Assembly: GCA_024346625.1 (NCBI GenBank)
Contig: AP024665.1
Coordinates: 434,001 to 498,000, forward strand
Origin: Williopsis jadinii
Lineage: Eukaryota
DNA: 64,000 bases
Reading direction: 5' to 3'
Shown one piece after another: positions 1 to 10,737 of the stretch. The position numbers and the translations under genes are program-made. A model generated the notes under the pieces. The model was not told the origin of the DNA. It made no database searches and saw only the letters and a program-made list of their open reading frames with translations. The stretch's first letter is position 1. Each line of letters starts with the position of its first letter.

Positions 1-771
1 CTCATGGTCCATCCCTACCTGTACGAGTCGGATAACGTCCCTGTAGGTGAGGATGCAAACAACTGGGTGGATACGAAAGTGCTGCCAAAGGTGCACGGAC
101 TGCTGGACCGCATCCATGTTGTTGTTCTGGGCCCCGGCTTGGGGAGAGACGAGTTGATGTTATCGACTGTGGAGAAGATCATTGCGTACCTGAGGGAGAA
201 GAACACCGCAGTTGTGCTCGATGCCGACGCTCTGTTTCTCATATGTCAAAAGCCAGAGATCATACAGGGCTATGACCGCGCTGTTCTAACCCCCAACATC
301 GTGGAGTTTAAGAGATTGGCAAAGGCCTTGGGTGTCGAGCACGATGACCTGGAAGAGGAAACAAGGCTCGTGGCCAAAAAGCTGGGTGTCACAGTCATGA
401 GAAAGGGGAGTGAGGATGTCATCGTTAACGGGGACATTTTGATCAAGAGTTCGTTGCAGGGCTCAAACCGTCGTGCAGGTGGTCAAGGTGATACTCTAAC
501 AGGTAACATTGCCACCTTACTGGCATGGGGTGACGCTTATTCTCAAGGGCTTTGGAGCCATCCTCAGGGGGAAATAACAAAGAATCAGATACCCGTGTTG
601 GCATGCTTTGGAGCAAGTTGTGTGACAAGATACGCTGCGAGATTGGCATTTAACCAAGTTGGAAGGGCAATGCAAGCTACTGATCTCCATGCAAAGGTTG
701 GAGAAGCGTATAAAGCCGTGATTGAAGACCAGTCGTTCTCCATACCGGACAAATCATCGACCAAAATCTGA
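1..771 (+). CDS. NNR2: ATP-dependent NAD(P)HX dehydratase (YjeF-C/carbohydrate kinase family), 5'-truncated by the window edge
   Basis: Motifs LMVHPYL, VVLGPGLGR, VLDADAL, LTPNIVEFKRL, RRAGGQGDTLTG. Frame is open to position 1. Lies next to SDH1/DBR1 as YKL151C does in S. cerevisiae. Confidence 0.9.
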   Translation, partial: LMVHPYLYESDNVPVGEDANNWVDTKVLPKVHGLLDRIHVVVLGPGLGRDELMLSTVEKIIAYLREKNTAVVLDADALFLICQKPEIIQGYDRAVLTPNIVEFKRLAKALGVEHDDLEEETRLVAKKLGVTVMRKGSEDVIVNGDILIKSSLQGSNRRAGGQGDTLTGNIATLLAWGDAYSQGLWSHPQGEITKNQIPVLACFGASCVTRYAARLAFNQVGRAMQATDLHAKVGEAYKAVIEDQSFSIPDKSSTKI

Positions 772-1059
772 TATCTACAAACAGATCCATCTCCCTTTTT
801 CCGTATATACGTGTTTTCAGTTGATTATAAACATATCAACAAGAGAAATACCATTGCTGTTTCACAACTAGACGGTAGAACAAGCGTCTCCATCAGAAGA
901 AATATTGAAACACATAAAAAAAGTAAAAACAAATAATCCAATTAACAAAATGCATGATGAGAACCCCCTAATGATTCTTTTCCTCCCACTTCTCCAAGCT
1001 CCGCTTCAATCCTCCAGTATGTGTAAGTAGATATAGATTGACTGAAACATTAACCTACT

Positions 1060-3006
1060 TCAATAAGCTCTGACAGCTGGTGGAACAGACTTACACTCAT
1101 TCTCATCAAGGGTATGGCTGATGACTGCTCTGTAGTTCAACTCGACGTCAGCACCGTTCTCCTTTTGCCATGAAAGAGAGTGCTTCATCCAGTTAACATC
1201 ATCTCTCTCTGGATAATCCTCTCTGGCGTGAGCACCACGAGACTCCTTTCTGGCAACAGCAGATTCAGCAGTTTGAACAGCACAGGTCAAAAGGTTTTGC
1301 AATTCCAAAGTCTCAACCAAGTCAGAGTTCCAAATCATAGAACGGTCTGATGTACCAACCTCTGGGAAGGTCTTATCAACAGCTGTGATACCTCTAACAC
1401 CATCCTCCAAAGATTCTTGAGTTCTGAAGACAGAAACATCCTTTTGCATGGTCTTTTGCATAGCAAGACGAATGTCAGCAGTTGGTCTTGGACCGCTAGC
1501 GTTTCTAAGCTTGTCCAAGTTAGCAATACTCTCCTTACCCAAATCGGCTGGAAGTGGCTTGTGTGGCAAACCTGGTTGCAAAGTGTCAGCAATAGTCAAG
1601 GCAACAGCACGACCAAAGACAACCAAATCCAAAAGGGAGTTAGCACCCAATCTGTTGGCACCGTGAACGGAAACACAGGCAGCTTCACCACAGGCCAACA
1701 AACCTGGAACAACCTTGTCCTTTCCTTCCTCGTCAAGGGTCAAAACTTCACCATTCCACTTAGTTGGGATACCACCCATGTTGTAGTGAACAGTTGGCAA
1801 AATTGGAATTGGCTCCTTTGTAATATCAACACCAGCAAAGATAGCAGCGGTCTCAGAGATACCTGGAAGACGCTCCTTCAACACTTCAGCTGGAAGATGG
1901 GACAATTGCAATGACATGTGATCCTTCTCTGGACCAACACCACGGCCAGCTCTGATCTCCATGGTAATAGCTCTGGAAACAACATCTCTACAAGCCAAAT
2001 CCTTCGCATGTGGAGCGTAACGTTCCATGAAACGTTCACCCTCAGAGTTGATCAAGAAACCACCTTCACCACGAGCACCTTCTGTGATCAAACAACCGGA
2101 ACCGTAGATACCAGATGGGTGGAATTGAATGAACTCCAAATCTTGCAATGGCAAACCAGCACGGGACACCATGGCGAAACCATCACCAGTACATGTGTGG
2201 GCAGAAGTACAAGAGAAGTAGGCACGACCGTAACCACCAGTAGCAATAACAGTCTTGTGAGCTCTGAATCTGTGCAAAGTACCATCTTCTTGGTTGTAAG
2301 CCATAACACCGACACACTCGCCGTTGTCCATCAACAAGTCCAAAGCGAAGAACTCGATGAAGAAGTGTGTGTTGTGTCTCAAGGCTTGACCGTAAAGAGA
2401 ATGCAACAAGGCGTGACCGGTTCTGTCAGCAACAGCACATGTTCTGTAGGCTTGACCACCCTTACCGTACTCCTTAGATTGACCACCGAAGGCTCTTTGG
2501 TAGATTCTTCCCTCCTCGGTTCTTGAGAATGGGACACCGTAGTGCTCCAACTCAATGATGGATTGTGGAGCCTCTCTGGTCATGTAGTGGATAGCATCTT
2601 GGTCACCGAGCCAGTCAGAACCCTTGACGGTGTCATACATGTGCCAGTGCCAGTCATCCTTGTGCATGTTACCAAGAGCGGCGTTGATACCACCTTGAGC
2701 AGCAACAGTGTGCGATCTGGTTGGGAAAAGCTTGGAGATACAAGCAGTCTTGTAACCAGCATTGGCCAAACCAAACGCAGCACGCAAACCAGCACCACCA
2801 GCACCAATCACCAAACAGTCGTACTCGTGGTCGATGATGTGGTAGTTGTCCGCCACACCACGAGCCGCGTTCTCACCTTTGATGTCACCACCGACACTGT
2901 GGGCGAGCTTAGCAACAGCTGATGTGGAGAAAGAAAGCTGTGTTCTCTTGTTCGTGGCAGCAGCAGCACGAAGAGCACGCTTAGATGAATGACGCAGAGA
3001 GAGCAT
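1060..3006 (-). CDS. SDH1: Succinate dehydrogenase flavoprotein subunit
   Basis: First ATG at 3006 ([13 protein letters not shown] presequence). GAGGAG FAD motif, [10 protein letters not shown] covalent-FAD His, [11 protein letters not shown]. Strong codon bias. Confidence 0.98.
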   Translation of the reverse strand: MLSLRHSSKRALRAAAATNKRTQLSFSTSAVAKLAHSVGGDIKGENAARGVADNYHIIDHEYDCLVIGAGGAGLRAAFGLANAGYKTACISKLFPTRSHTVAAQGGINAALGNMHKDDWHWHMYDTVKGSDWLGDQDAIHYMTREAPQSIIELEHYGVPFSRTEEGRIYQRAFGGQSKEYGKGGQAYRTCAVADRTGHALLHSLYGQALRHNTHFFIEFFALDLLMDNGECVGVMAYNQEDGTLHRFRAHKTVIATGGYGRAYFSCTSAHTCTGDGFAMVSRAGLPLQDLEFIQFHPSGIYGSGCLITEGARGEGGFLINSEGERFMERYAPHAKDLACRDVVSRAITMEIRAGRGVGPEKDHMSLQLSHLPAEVLKERLPGISETAAIFAGVDITKEPIPILPTVHYNMGGIPTKWNGEVLTLDEEGKDKVVPGLLACGEAACVSVHGANRLGANSLLDLVVFGRAVALTIADTLQPGLPHKPLPADLGKESIANLDKLRNASGPRPTADIRLAMQKTMQKDVSVFRTQESLEDGVRGITAVDKTFPEVGTSDRSMIWNSDLVETLELQNLLTCAVQTAESAVARKESRGAHAREDYPERDDVNWMKHSLSWQKENGADVELNYRAVISHTLDENECKSVPPAVRAY

Positions 3007-3446
3007 TGTCAATTAACCTCTGAATCGAGTATCCGTTATGTAAAAGTCGATGAGGACGTTGGACTGACAACAGAAGAGAGTAACAAGTGAAGGAGAAGGA
3101 ATCAACAGTACAATGAAAAACTCTCAACCTCTAACTGGCGCCTGGGGAGAAAGAAAAAAGAGCCTCTTTTCCGGTACACGCAACACCTTCGGGCGCCATC
3201 TCGGTCATGTCCCCCCGGGCGTTCACGGCGCATGGATACGCTCCCTTCAGCCAATAGCGTCGTGAGAATTGCTAATGTTGGTGTCCGGGTTTCCTTGCGG
3301 TGCTCACCCCCGGGCACTGGACGAGCGCGTATAACGGACACTCAAACGCCTTCAGAGACGTGAGGGTAGAGTTCTAATTCATGTCTACAACTGATGTACG
3401 TAGTGGCAGAGAGCGTGCGTCGTTGTGATGGGCGTTTCTTGCAGTT

Positions 3447-4808
3447 TTACATAAACCTCTTGATGAACTGGGACGTCTGCTCGGCCGGGTTTGCCAGAGT
3501 TGGTTCAAAGTTATCCCACACGGTTAAGTCGTGTTTCAGCTTGAAGCCTGCGTTGTTGATCTCTTTGGACAGTTGTTCCAGGACACTCGGTTTCGAGAGC
3601 TGATCCATTTGCATGGACCGGTAGCCCTGCGTCTTCTTGAAGCGCTCGAACCAGTGGGTGATTTGTAGAAATTCGTTGTCGTAGTACAGCTTATCTGATT
3701 CTGAGGAGATGTGGTTGTTTGTTACTGGGACATCCACGATTTGGAAGAAGGGATGGTTTGGTAGCGGTTTGGACAATGCGAGGAAATTCGTCTGCGAGAA
3801 CCCCTTTGCGTAGAGCTTGTCTTCGCTCGTTGTGGTTTCCAAGTCTTCATCTGCAACTTCCGATACGACCTCTTTGTCGTTTAACTGATCGTCAAGTCCT
3901 AAATCTATCTCATCCTGGTTCTGAGGCTGCTGGTCAAGCTCTAAGTCGATTTCATCTTCATTTTTTGGTTGCTCATCTCCAAGGTCCAAGTCAATCTCGT
4001 CCTGGTTCATTGCTTGGAGACCAATCCCATTTCCATTGCTAGTATGCACCCTCTTAACCTCTCTGGCATCACTACTGAGTTTCCTCTTGGTTTCGTGTTT
4101 AACGAGTGCTTCGAACTTGACGTGTAAATGGGCACTAAACCACCAATTCGGCATCAGTCGCTTTAAAAGTACCATGTAGTAAGGGTTTCCCAACTCGCCC
4201 TTCTCTATATCTCCTTTTAAAAAGGGTTTCCTCCTCAGCAGTCTGTCAAGATCCCCATAATGGGCTATGCCCTCGGGCCAATCATGCGTTATAAAACAGT
4301 TCATGTTCAAATCACGCAGCAGAAACATCTTGAAGATATCTTCGAATCTTGTATGATAGAAGCTTCGCACAGATTTTCCATCAAGAGGAGCTGTTTCGTA
4401 TCTTTTCTTGTAAAAATCAAACGCTTTGAATATTCCAGAAACACCACCAATTCGAAGCCCTTTATACCAAACAACACCATTGGTTCCCATGTACCAGATC
4501 TTTGGTGCAACCCACCCTCCATGAGGCAGCTGGGCAAGCAAATCACCACATTCATGGTTCCCTCCAATAAATATCGTAAGTACAGGTGTGACCTCTGTAC
4601 CTTCGTAATAGCGATGGAAATCACCGAGTCTCTTATACTTCTCGGGCATAGATATGGATGTGAAATCAGCCTTAGATCTCAAGGCTTGGAAATCACCACA
4701 AATAATTAATAGTTCTGGTCTCATATCATCTGGTAAGGTGTTTATCCTTGTGTATATCGCATCAAGCTCACCATGTGCACATCCAACCACAGCTACTTTA
4801 ACAGACAT
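3447..4808 (-). CDS. DBR1: RNA lariat debranching enzyme
   Basis: GCAHG, ICGDFQ, GGNHE, THDWP and SAHLH metallophosphoesterase motifs. Confidence 0.96.
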   Translation of the reverse strand: MSVKVAVVGCAHGELDAIYTRINTLPDDMRPELLIICGDFQALRSKADFTSISMPEKYKRLGDFHRYYEGTEVTPVLTIFIGGNHECGDLLAQLPHGGWVAPKIWYMGTNGVVWYKGLRIGGVSGIFKAFDFYKKRYETAPLDGKSVRSFYHTRFEDIFKMFLLRDLNMNCFITHDWPEGIAHYGDLDRLLRRKPFLKGDIEKGELGNPYYMVLLKRLMPNWWFSAHLHVKFEALVKHETKRKLSSDAREVKRVHTSNGNGIGLQAMNQDEIDLDLGDEQPKNEDEIDLELDQQPQNQDEIDLGLDDQLNDKEVVSEVADEDLETTTSEDKLYAKGFSQTNFLALSKPLPNHPFFQIVDVPVTNNHISSESDKLYYDNEFLQITHWFERFKKTQGYRSMQMDQLSKPSVLEQLSKEINNAGFKLKHDLTVWDNFEPTLANPAEQTSQFIKRFM

Positions 4809-5088
4809 TTTTGATTACCCTTCTGTGCCAGTCTTTTCACAAACGAGATGATGAGATGAGTCTATTGAAACAGCAGTAAAGATGAAAACAATTGAAGAGC
4901 TAGTGAAAACAGTTGGTTTGTTTCTATTGTACACTATCAACAAGCATGTGTACCCTCTTGATGACCTAATGACCTCCTTCCCCTTTAACAAAACCTGCTG
5001 AGAAGGCATGGAGAGCTCATCTTCAGCATTTCGAGAGCCTGGGTTGGTCGGTAGGAGCAACACTGAAAACTTGTAACATGAACTTCAT

Positions 5089-5120
5089 CTCATCGAACAA
5101 CACAAGCCATAAAACTTTTT
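5089..5120. promoter_or_regulatory. PAC-like (CTCATCG) and RRPE-like (AAAACTTTT) elements upstream of RPC25
   Basis: CTCATCG at 5089-5095 and an A/T tract near 5111-5120. A further GATGAG repeat lies near 4846-4860 in the shared DBR1/RPC25 promoter. Confidence 0.5.
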
Positions 5121-5174
5121 CTTGTCTTCTCAAGCTCGATAACCTGTGTCTGGGCTCTGAAACCATTTGTAACG

Positions 5175-5765
5175 ATGTTTGTGCTATCACGTCTTTCCGA
5201 TCTTATACGAATTCCACCAGATCAGTTCCACAGAAAGGCTAAGAAGGCTATCATATCCGAGCTTAACAGAAAGTACTCCAACAAAGTTGTGAACAATTTG
5301 GGACTTGTCATAGCGGTGTGGGATCTTGTCAAAGTTGATGATGGCTTGTTGAAACCAGGTGATGGTGCCAGCTTCATCAAATGTGAGGTCCGTGTTGTTG
5401 TCTTCAGACCTTTTGTAGGTGAAATCCTTACTGGTTGGATAGAGAAATGTACACCTGAAGGAATCAAGGTTAAAATGGAGTTCTTTAATGACGTCTTCAT
5501 ACCGAAGTCCCTACTGTTTGAAGGCTCAGAATACTCATTAAACGACAATGCATGGATTTGGGATGCAGATGGTACAAAGTTATATCTTGATATTAACGAA
5601 ATGATACGATTCCGTGTTGAAGAGGAGATCTTTGTTAACGTGAAGCCAAAGGGACCAAATCTTGAAGACGATGAACAACAAGAACAGGAAGAAAGGGGTC
5701 CAAGTTACGCAATCTTGGGGAGTTGTCAAACAGATGGTATGGGCTGTGTTAGCTGGTGGGATTAA
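5175..5765 (+). CDS. RPC25: RNA polymerase III subunit C25 (Rpc8)
   Basis: MFVLSRLSDLIRIPP N-terminus, VFRPFVGEILTGWI, C-terminal GSCQTDGMGCVSWW. Confidence 0.96.
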   Translation: MFVLSRLSDLIRIPPDQFHRKAKKAIISELNRKYSNKVVNNLGLVIAVWDLVKVDDGLLKPGDGASFIKCEVRVVVFRPFVGEILTGWIEKCTPEGIKVKMEFFNDVFIPKSLLFEGSEYSLNDNAWIWDADGTKLYLDINEMIRFRVEEEIFVNVKPKGPNLEDDEQQEQEERGPSYAILGSCQTDGMGCVSWWD

Positions 5766-5830
5766 AACGCTACGTATAAAGTGTGTGATCATAACAAAAA
5801 CAAGGGGACAAATTGACAGTTTCATTTTCT

Positions 5831-7262
5831 TTAATTGTATTGCATGTAACGACTTGTGGAACTGAACTTCAAGTTACCCTTGATGACCTTCTCAACGGCC
5901 TTGAGGAAATCCTTTTCTGTAGCAACTTTTCTTCTCTCTCTGATAGCGAACATACCTGCTTCAGTACACACAGATCTCAACTCTGCACCCGTGGCGTTTG
6001 GACACAATCTGGCAATCAATTCCCATCTAATATCTCTCTCGACAGACATAGCCTTTGAATGAATTCTAAAGATGTTGGCACGTCCTTCAAGGTCCGGCAA
6101 CGAGAATTCAACTTTTCTGTCAATTCTTCCAGGTCTTAACAATGCAGGGTCCAATGTGTTTGGTCTATTTGTAGCAAACATAACTTTGATGTTACCTCTA
6201 GGATCGAAACCATCTAATTGCGTGATCAATTCCAACATGGTTCTCTGCACTTCGTTGTCGCCACCTGCACCATCATCGACACGGGCACCTCCAATGGCGT
6301 CCACTTCGTCAAAAAAGATAATACAAGCCTTTTTCGTTCTCGCCATTTCAAATAACTCACGAACCATACGAGCACCTTCACCGACGTATTTCTGTACAAG
6401 CTCTGACCCGATAACTCTGATGAAAGTCGCGTCTGTTCTGTTAGCAACGGCACGAGCACATAACGTCTTACCGGTACCTGGTGGGCCGTACAACAATATA
6501 CCCTTTGGAGGGTCAATACCCAACTTGACAAATCTTTCTGGTGACAGTAGAGGAAGTTCAACAACTTCTCTCAGTTTTTCAATTTGATCTTTGCACCCAC
6601 CGATGTCGCTGTACGTCACGTCTGGTTTCTCCTCCACTGTCATCATCGTCACACTTGGATCAATCTTTGGTGGTAATGGCAATTGGATTTCATACTTTGT
6701 ACGATCAACACCAACCCTCATCGCTTCTTCAATATCTGTTGGTGACACGTTTTGACCCAATGCCACGACAAACTTCGCAATCTGTTTAATGTTGATCACA
6801 TATTTGGATTTGTCTTCACCTTCATCACTTTTGATGATCTTCGTACATCTGGCCACCTGCAAAGGCTGTGACTCCATGTTTTGCTTATCTGCCATCACAT
6901 CCCACAAGTGTGGTGGAGCAAGACCTGTGTTACTCTCCTTAACACCAACTTTCTCCTTGATCTTTGCCTCAATGGTTTTGATATCCTGTTCAACTTCTTT
7001 AATCTTCTTCGCGTATGGTGCAACTCCCTATGTAAAAGGATACGTTAGTATTCGTACAGTTGTGAGAGTATTACTCGGGGGTCCAGTAGATGTAGCCTCT
7101 ATCTATGGGCTCTCCTGATGATAATACTGAACAATGGCTATCACTTACATATGTACGCAACACCTGGATATCGCCTTCACTCAGCGGCACAATCTTCTCT
7201 TCTGGTTTGCTTTCATCCTCTAACGGAGCAACATACTTATCCCAATCGGCTTTTGGAGGCAT
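5831..7262 (-). CDS. RPT1: 26S proteasome AAA ATPase Rpt1; exons 7262-7149 and 7027-5831, intron 7148-7028
   Basis: Exon 1 [10 protein letters not shown]...DIQVLRTY joins [10 protein letters not shown] in frame. Intron has GTAAGT, TACTAAC (7050-7044) and TAG. Walker A GPPGTGKT, Walker B IIFFDE. Confidence 0.96.
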
Positions 7263-7362
7263 CTTTTCTTCGGTTTCAAACAAGCACAGTGAAAACTTCG
7301 GAACCGCTCTGTGTGTTTATTGTATGTTTACGATGGTGATGTTTTGTTCAACTTTTCCGGTG

Positions 7363-7436
7363 TGTGGCAAAATCGTGGAAACAACAACAGCAGAATGCAA
7401 ATTCGCGAAAAAAGGAAGAACGAAGGGGAAGGCAAA
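7363..7436. promoter_or_regulatory. Rpn4/PACE-like sites upstream of RPT1
   Basis: TGTGGCAAA (7363-7371) and GAAGGCAAA (7428-7436) upstream of a proteasome gene. Confidence 0.55.
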
Positions 7437-7548
7437 TCACACAGTCTTGCGACAACTACAAAAGACTCAACAGGGTGTAAATATTTGGCAATTAAACCCA
7501 AGAAGTATGCTTTCTTTCATTACAATTCATTAAACAACGCAATCAAGC

Positions 7549-8226
7549 TCAGTTCTTGACGTACTTGTCCTCTCTGTGCTTCTTGATCTCCTTCTTCAAG
7601 TGATCCACGTCGGCCTTGGTGGAGTTGTAGTTGATGTTTGTAGCCTGGTTGAAAGGATTCTCTGGTGATTTCTCAAACTCCTTGAAGACGAGCTGCTTCA
7701 CTTGTTGCAGTCTGAGACCTGGGTTCTCCTTTCTCATCTCTGGGACTCTTCTCTCCTCGTAGGCGGCCAATGCGGCTTTGAATCTTCTCTCTGGGTGTCT
7801 ATCAATGTCCTTGTCACTCACAGCACCACCCTTATGGGTCAAGGTCAATGCCTCCAACGCACTGTCAATACCAGAAGCGGAGATTTCAGAAGACGTTGGC
7901 AAATCGTTGAGGAAGTCATCAATCTTGCCAGCTCTCTTAGCGGCAACTTTAGCAGCACCTCTACCTTTACCTGATGCCTTCGAAGGCAGGGAGTCCTCCT
8001 CCTCTTTCAAAAGCGCCTCTCTTTCTGCCTTCTTTCTGGCGTCCTCAGCCTTCTTAGCTGCAGCTTCCTCTTTCTTCTTGTTGCCCTTCTTAGCACCCTC
8101 CGCCCATTGGGAGTCTTCAGCTGCGTCCAGCTTGGCTTGTTCCTCTGCTCTCTTCTTGTTTGCAGCCTCCGCCTTTCTGGCATTACCAGCTGCTTTCTTG
8201 GAATTCTCTCCTCCCTTCTTAGCCAT
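7549..8226 (-). CDS. CCDC124/Oxs1/Lso2-family ribosome-associated coiled-coil protein
   Basis: N-terminal GENSKKAAGNARKA and W..G.K coiled coil. C-terminal IDRHPERRFKAA...ENPGLRL...KSPENPFNQ domain typical of CCDC124. Confidence 0.88.
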   Translation of the reverse strand: MAKKGGENSKKAAGNARKAEAANKKRAEEQAKLDAAEDSQWAEGAKKGNKKKEEAAAKKAEDARKKAEREALLKEEEDSLPSKASGKGRGAAKVAAKRAGKIDDFLNDLPTSSEISASGIDSALEALTLTHKGGAVSDKDIDRHPERRFKAALAAYEERRVPEMRKENPGLRLQQVKQLVFKEFEKSPENPFNQATNINYNSTKADVDHLKKEIKKHREDKYVKN

Positions 8227-8816
8227 TGTCTCTTTCACAGCGTGTGTACTCGTATACAACTCTCGATGGTGAAAGCGAAAGGAAAGAAATCACAGAATTC
8301 TACCACACCCATAAAAGATGCATTGGAACGTCCACAAGATGCATGAAAAAACACAATATCGGATGACTAAGCGCTGACTAAGCATTTCTTCCTGCCAACA
8401 AGTGTTTTTTGGCGGGTTTTCGTTTTCGCTCTGCGTTTCTGTGGGTTTTGTGTGTGTTTTTTGGTTTTTCTGGTAAAGTTACCCGTCATTTGATTAGCGA
8501 TTACAGAGGAGGCAGACATATTCATCTGAAACATCACTGGATAACTCCAAGATAAACAACATTGTACCGAATATATCTTCAACTTGAACTCTACGAGCCT
8601 CGTTCTTAGACGTTGTTCTCATTCTTTTTGTTTCCAACCTTTTGATCTTTAGATTTTTCTCGGCTTTTTTGGGGGGAAATCCTGTGTGTGTGTTCATTTC
8701 CATTGCTAAGGCCTGGGAATAGATAGCTACTACTCGTTTTGAAAGATCCACATTGTGTTACACTGCGGAGGTGGAAGTCATCCCATCGCTTGATTTATCG
8801 GTAAGGACCCCAGCAG

Positions 8817-10511
8817 ATGCATAAACAGCCAAAGTACATCTCTCCTTCCAAGAACCAGAACATGAAGCCTGGGACTTCCCCTCAGGTGCCCAGCATCAAC
8901 ACCTCTTCCAGGGACGCAACGAGAAGAATCTGGGTCAAACGCCCAGATGGTGTTGCCACCTCTCTGTACGTCAAACAGGACACCCTTGTTGATGACCTGA
9001 AGACCATGATTATTGGGAAATATCCGATGTCCTTGGCCAAATGGGTTGATCCGTCTGATATTGTCATCAAACTTGAACCGGCACTCGTTTCCTCAGTGTA
9101 CAACCCAATGCCAGTATCTGCGACTCAACGGAAACCACCAGGCCCATCGATCAGTGCACCGTACATGTCAACTTCTCCTTCGTCGTTCAACTCGCCACTA
9201 TCGCCCATACCTATTTCAGCGAGCAAGTCGTCGCTCATACCACCAAGGGTACCTTCTTCTGAATACAATGCAAGATCGGTATCACCTGCCGCATCTCTGA
9301 CCGCAATGCCTCCGTTAGAGCCTGATCGTTCAGTCTGGAGCATTGTTGATACATATTACCCAACAGGGATGGGTATTGAAAACGCATTCATTGTTGAGAC
9401 ACCCGTCATCCAACCACCAGAGGCTGGACAATCGGCTCAAACAACACCTACAACGTCACAATTTCAGCAGGGACAGCAACCCACTATGGGCTCCGTTCCT
9501 TATCCAGGAAACTCCCATAGGAAAAGTCTGTCAAATGAAACTATTCAGGAGGGGAAAGAGGAGGATTTCTCAAACACACAGTTTCAAAGACGTATGAAAT
9601 CAGTATCGTCAGGCCAGCCACTCAGATCCACAACACCATCATCGCTACACAGGAGATCAATGTCTAACCCTGCAGAACATGCTTCAGCTGTCCTATTGAT
9701 GCCATCAAATGCAAAGACTAATAGATCGAACAGCTCAGCAGGACTGATGACTGGTGGTGCTCAAAACCGTGGCTTATCTGTCTCGCCAGACACGTCATCG
9801 TCGCCGACAGATGGGATTCATGAGAGATTCAACATTCACAAAACAGCTCCCTCAGGAGCTGTACAAAGGACAGCCTCACCAAGCTCGAAGATTGGCAATG
9901 GAACTAGCACAATGGCAAAGGTGTTGCCTAGTGTTAATGTTCTCATAGTGGAGGATAATTTGATTAACCTCAGGATCTTATCTGCACATTTACGGAGACA
10001 TAGAATACATTATGATGTTGCGAAGAATGGCCAAGAAGCTATAGATAAATGGAGAAACGGTGGCTTTCACTTGGTGCTCATGGATATCCAACTTCCTGTC
10101 ATGTCCGGTATTGATGCCACGAAAGAGATTCGAAGATTGGAAAAGATGAATCACATCGGTGTGTTTTCAACTTCTGATATACTAAACCTACCTCCAAAGA
10201 AGCCTGAAGATAACTTGGATCTCAATGTCTTTAGATCACCTGTGATTATTGTCGCTCTCACGGCAAGTAACTTAAAACAAGATAAACAAGAGGCATTGGC
10301 TGCAGGTTGCAACGATTATCTGACAAAGCCAGTGAACCTGGACTGGCTTCTCAACAAGATCACTGAATGGGGGTGCATGCAAGCTTTGATTGATTTCGAT
10401 GGCTGGAAATCTGGTGAGAGAATGACCAACATCAGTGCTGCTTTACCTACGTTGACAAGAAACGCATCGGCCAGGAAAGTCTTAACCAGCAAAGCCATAC
10501 CACAGTTCTGA
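8817..10511 (+). CDS. SSK1: Two-component response regulator of the HOG pathway
   Basis: N-terminal RRIWVKRP...VDDLK block. C-terminal receiver VLIVEDN, LVLMDIQLPVMSG, GCNDYLTKPV, WGCMQALIDFDGW. Confidence 0.93.
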   Translation: MHKQPKYISPSKNQNMKPGTSPQVPSINTSSRDATRRIWVKRPDGVATSLYVKQDTLVDDLKTMIIGKYPMSLAKWVDPSDIVIKLEPALVSSVYNPMPVSATQRKPPGPSISAPYMSTSPSSFNSPLSPIPISASKSSLIPPRVPSSEYNARSVSPAASLTAMPPLEPDRSVWSIVDTYYPTGMGIENAFIVETPVIQPPEAGQSAQTTPTTSQFQQGQQPTMGSVPYPGNSHRKSLSNETIQEGKEEDFSNTQFQRRMKSVSSGQPLRSTTPSSLHRRSMSNPAEHASAVLLMPSNAKTNRSNSSAGLMTGGAQNRGLSVSPDTSSSPTDGIHERFNIHKTAPSGAVQRTASPSSKIGNGTSTMAKVLPSVNVLIVEDNLINLRILSAHLRRHRIHYDVAKNGQEAIDKWRNGGFHLVLMDIQLPVMSGIDATKEIRRLEKMNHIGVFSTSDILNLPPKKPEDNLDLNVFRSPVIIVALTASNLKQDKQEALAAGCNDYLTKPVNLDWLLNKITEWGCMQALIDFDGWKSGERMTNISAALPTLTRNASARKVLTSKAIPQF

Positions 10512-10737
10512 TTATTTAACGAATCCACTCTCTTAATACTGTCATTTTTCATCTCTTGATCATCTTTGATCCAGCAATACGTAGATCGTCACTCTGAAGT
10601 ATATAGGCTTAAAATCCGGTGATGTTTGGCCCTCGGAGATTGTATAGATTTGCGCTTTTCAAACTTTGCATTCAACTTAAAGTAACAACAACTGGCTTCC
10701 ATTGAAAGGGGATAAAAGAGTATCTTCATTGTGCATC

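Noticed and set aside
1335..2922. Long antisense and alternative-frame ORFs over SDH1 (likewise over RPT1, EFG1, BBC1, PUF3, ASP3)
   Set aside because: Expected shadow ORFs of codon-biased genes; no recognisable domains.
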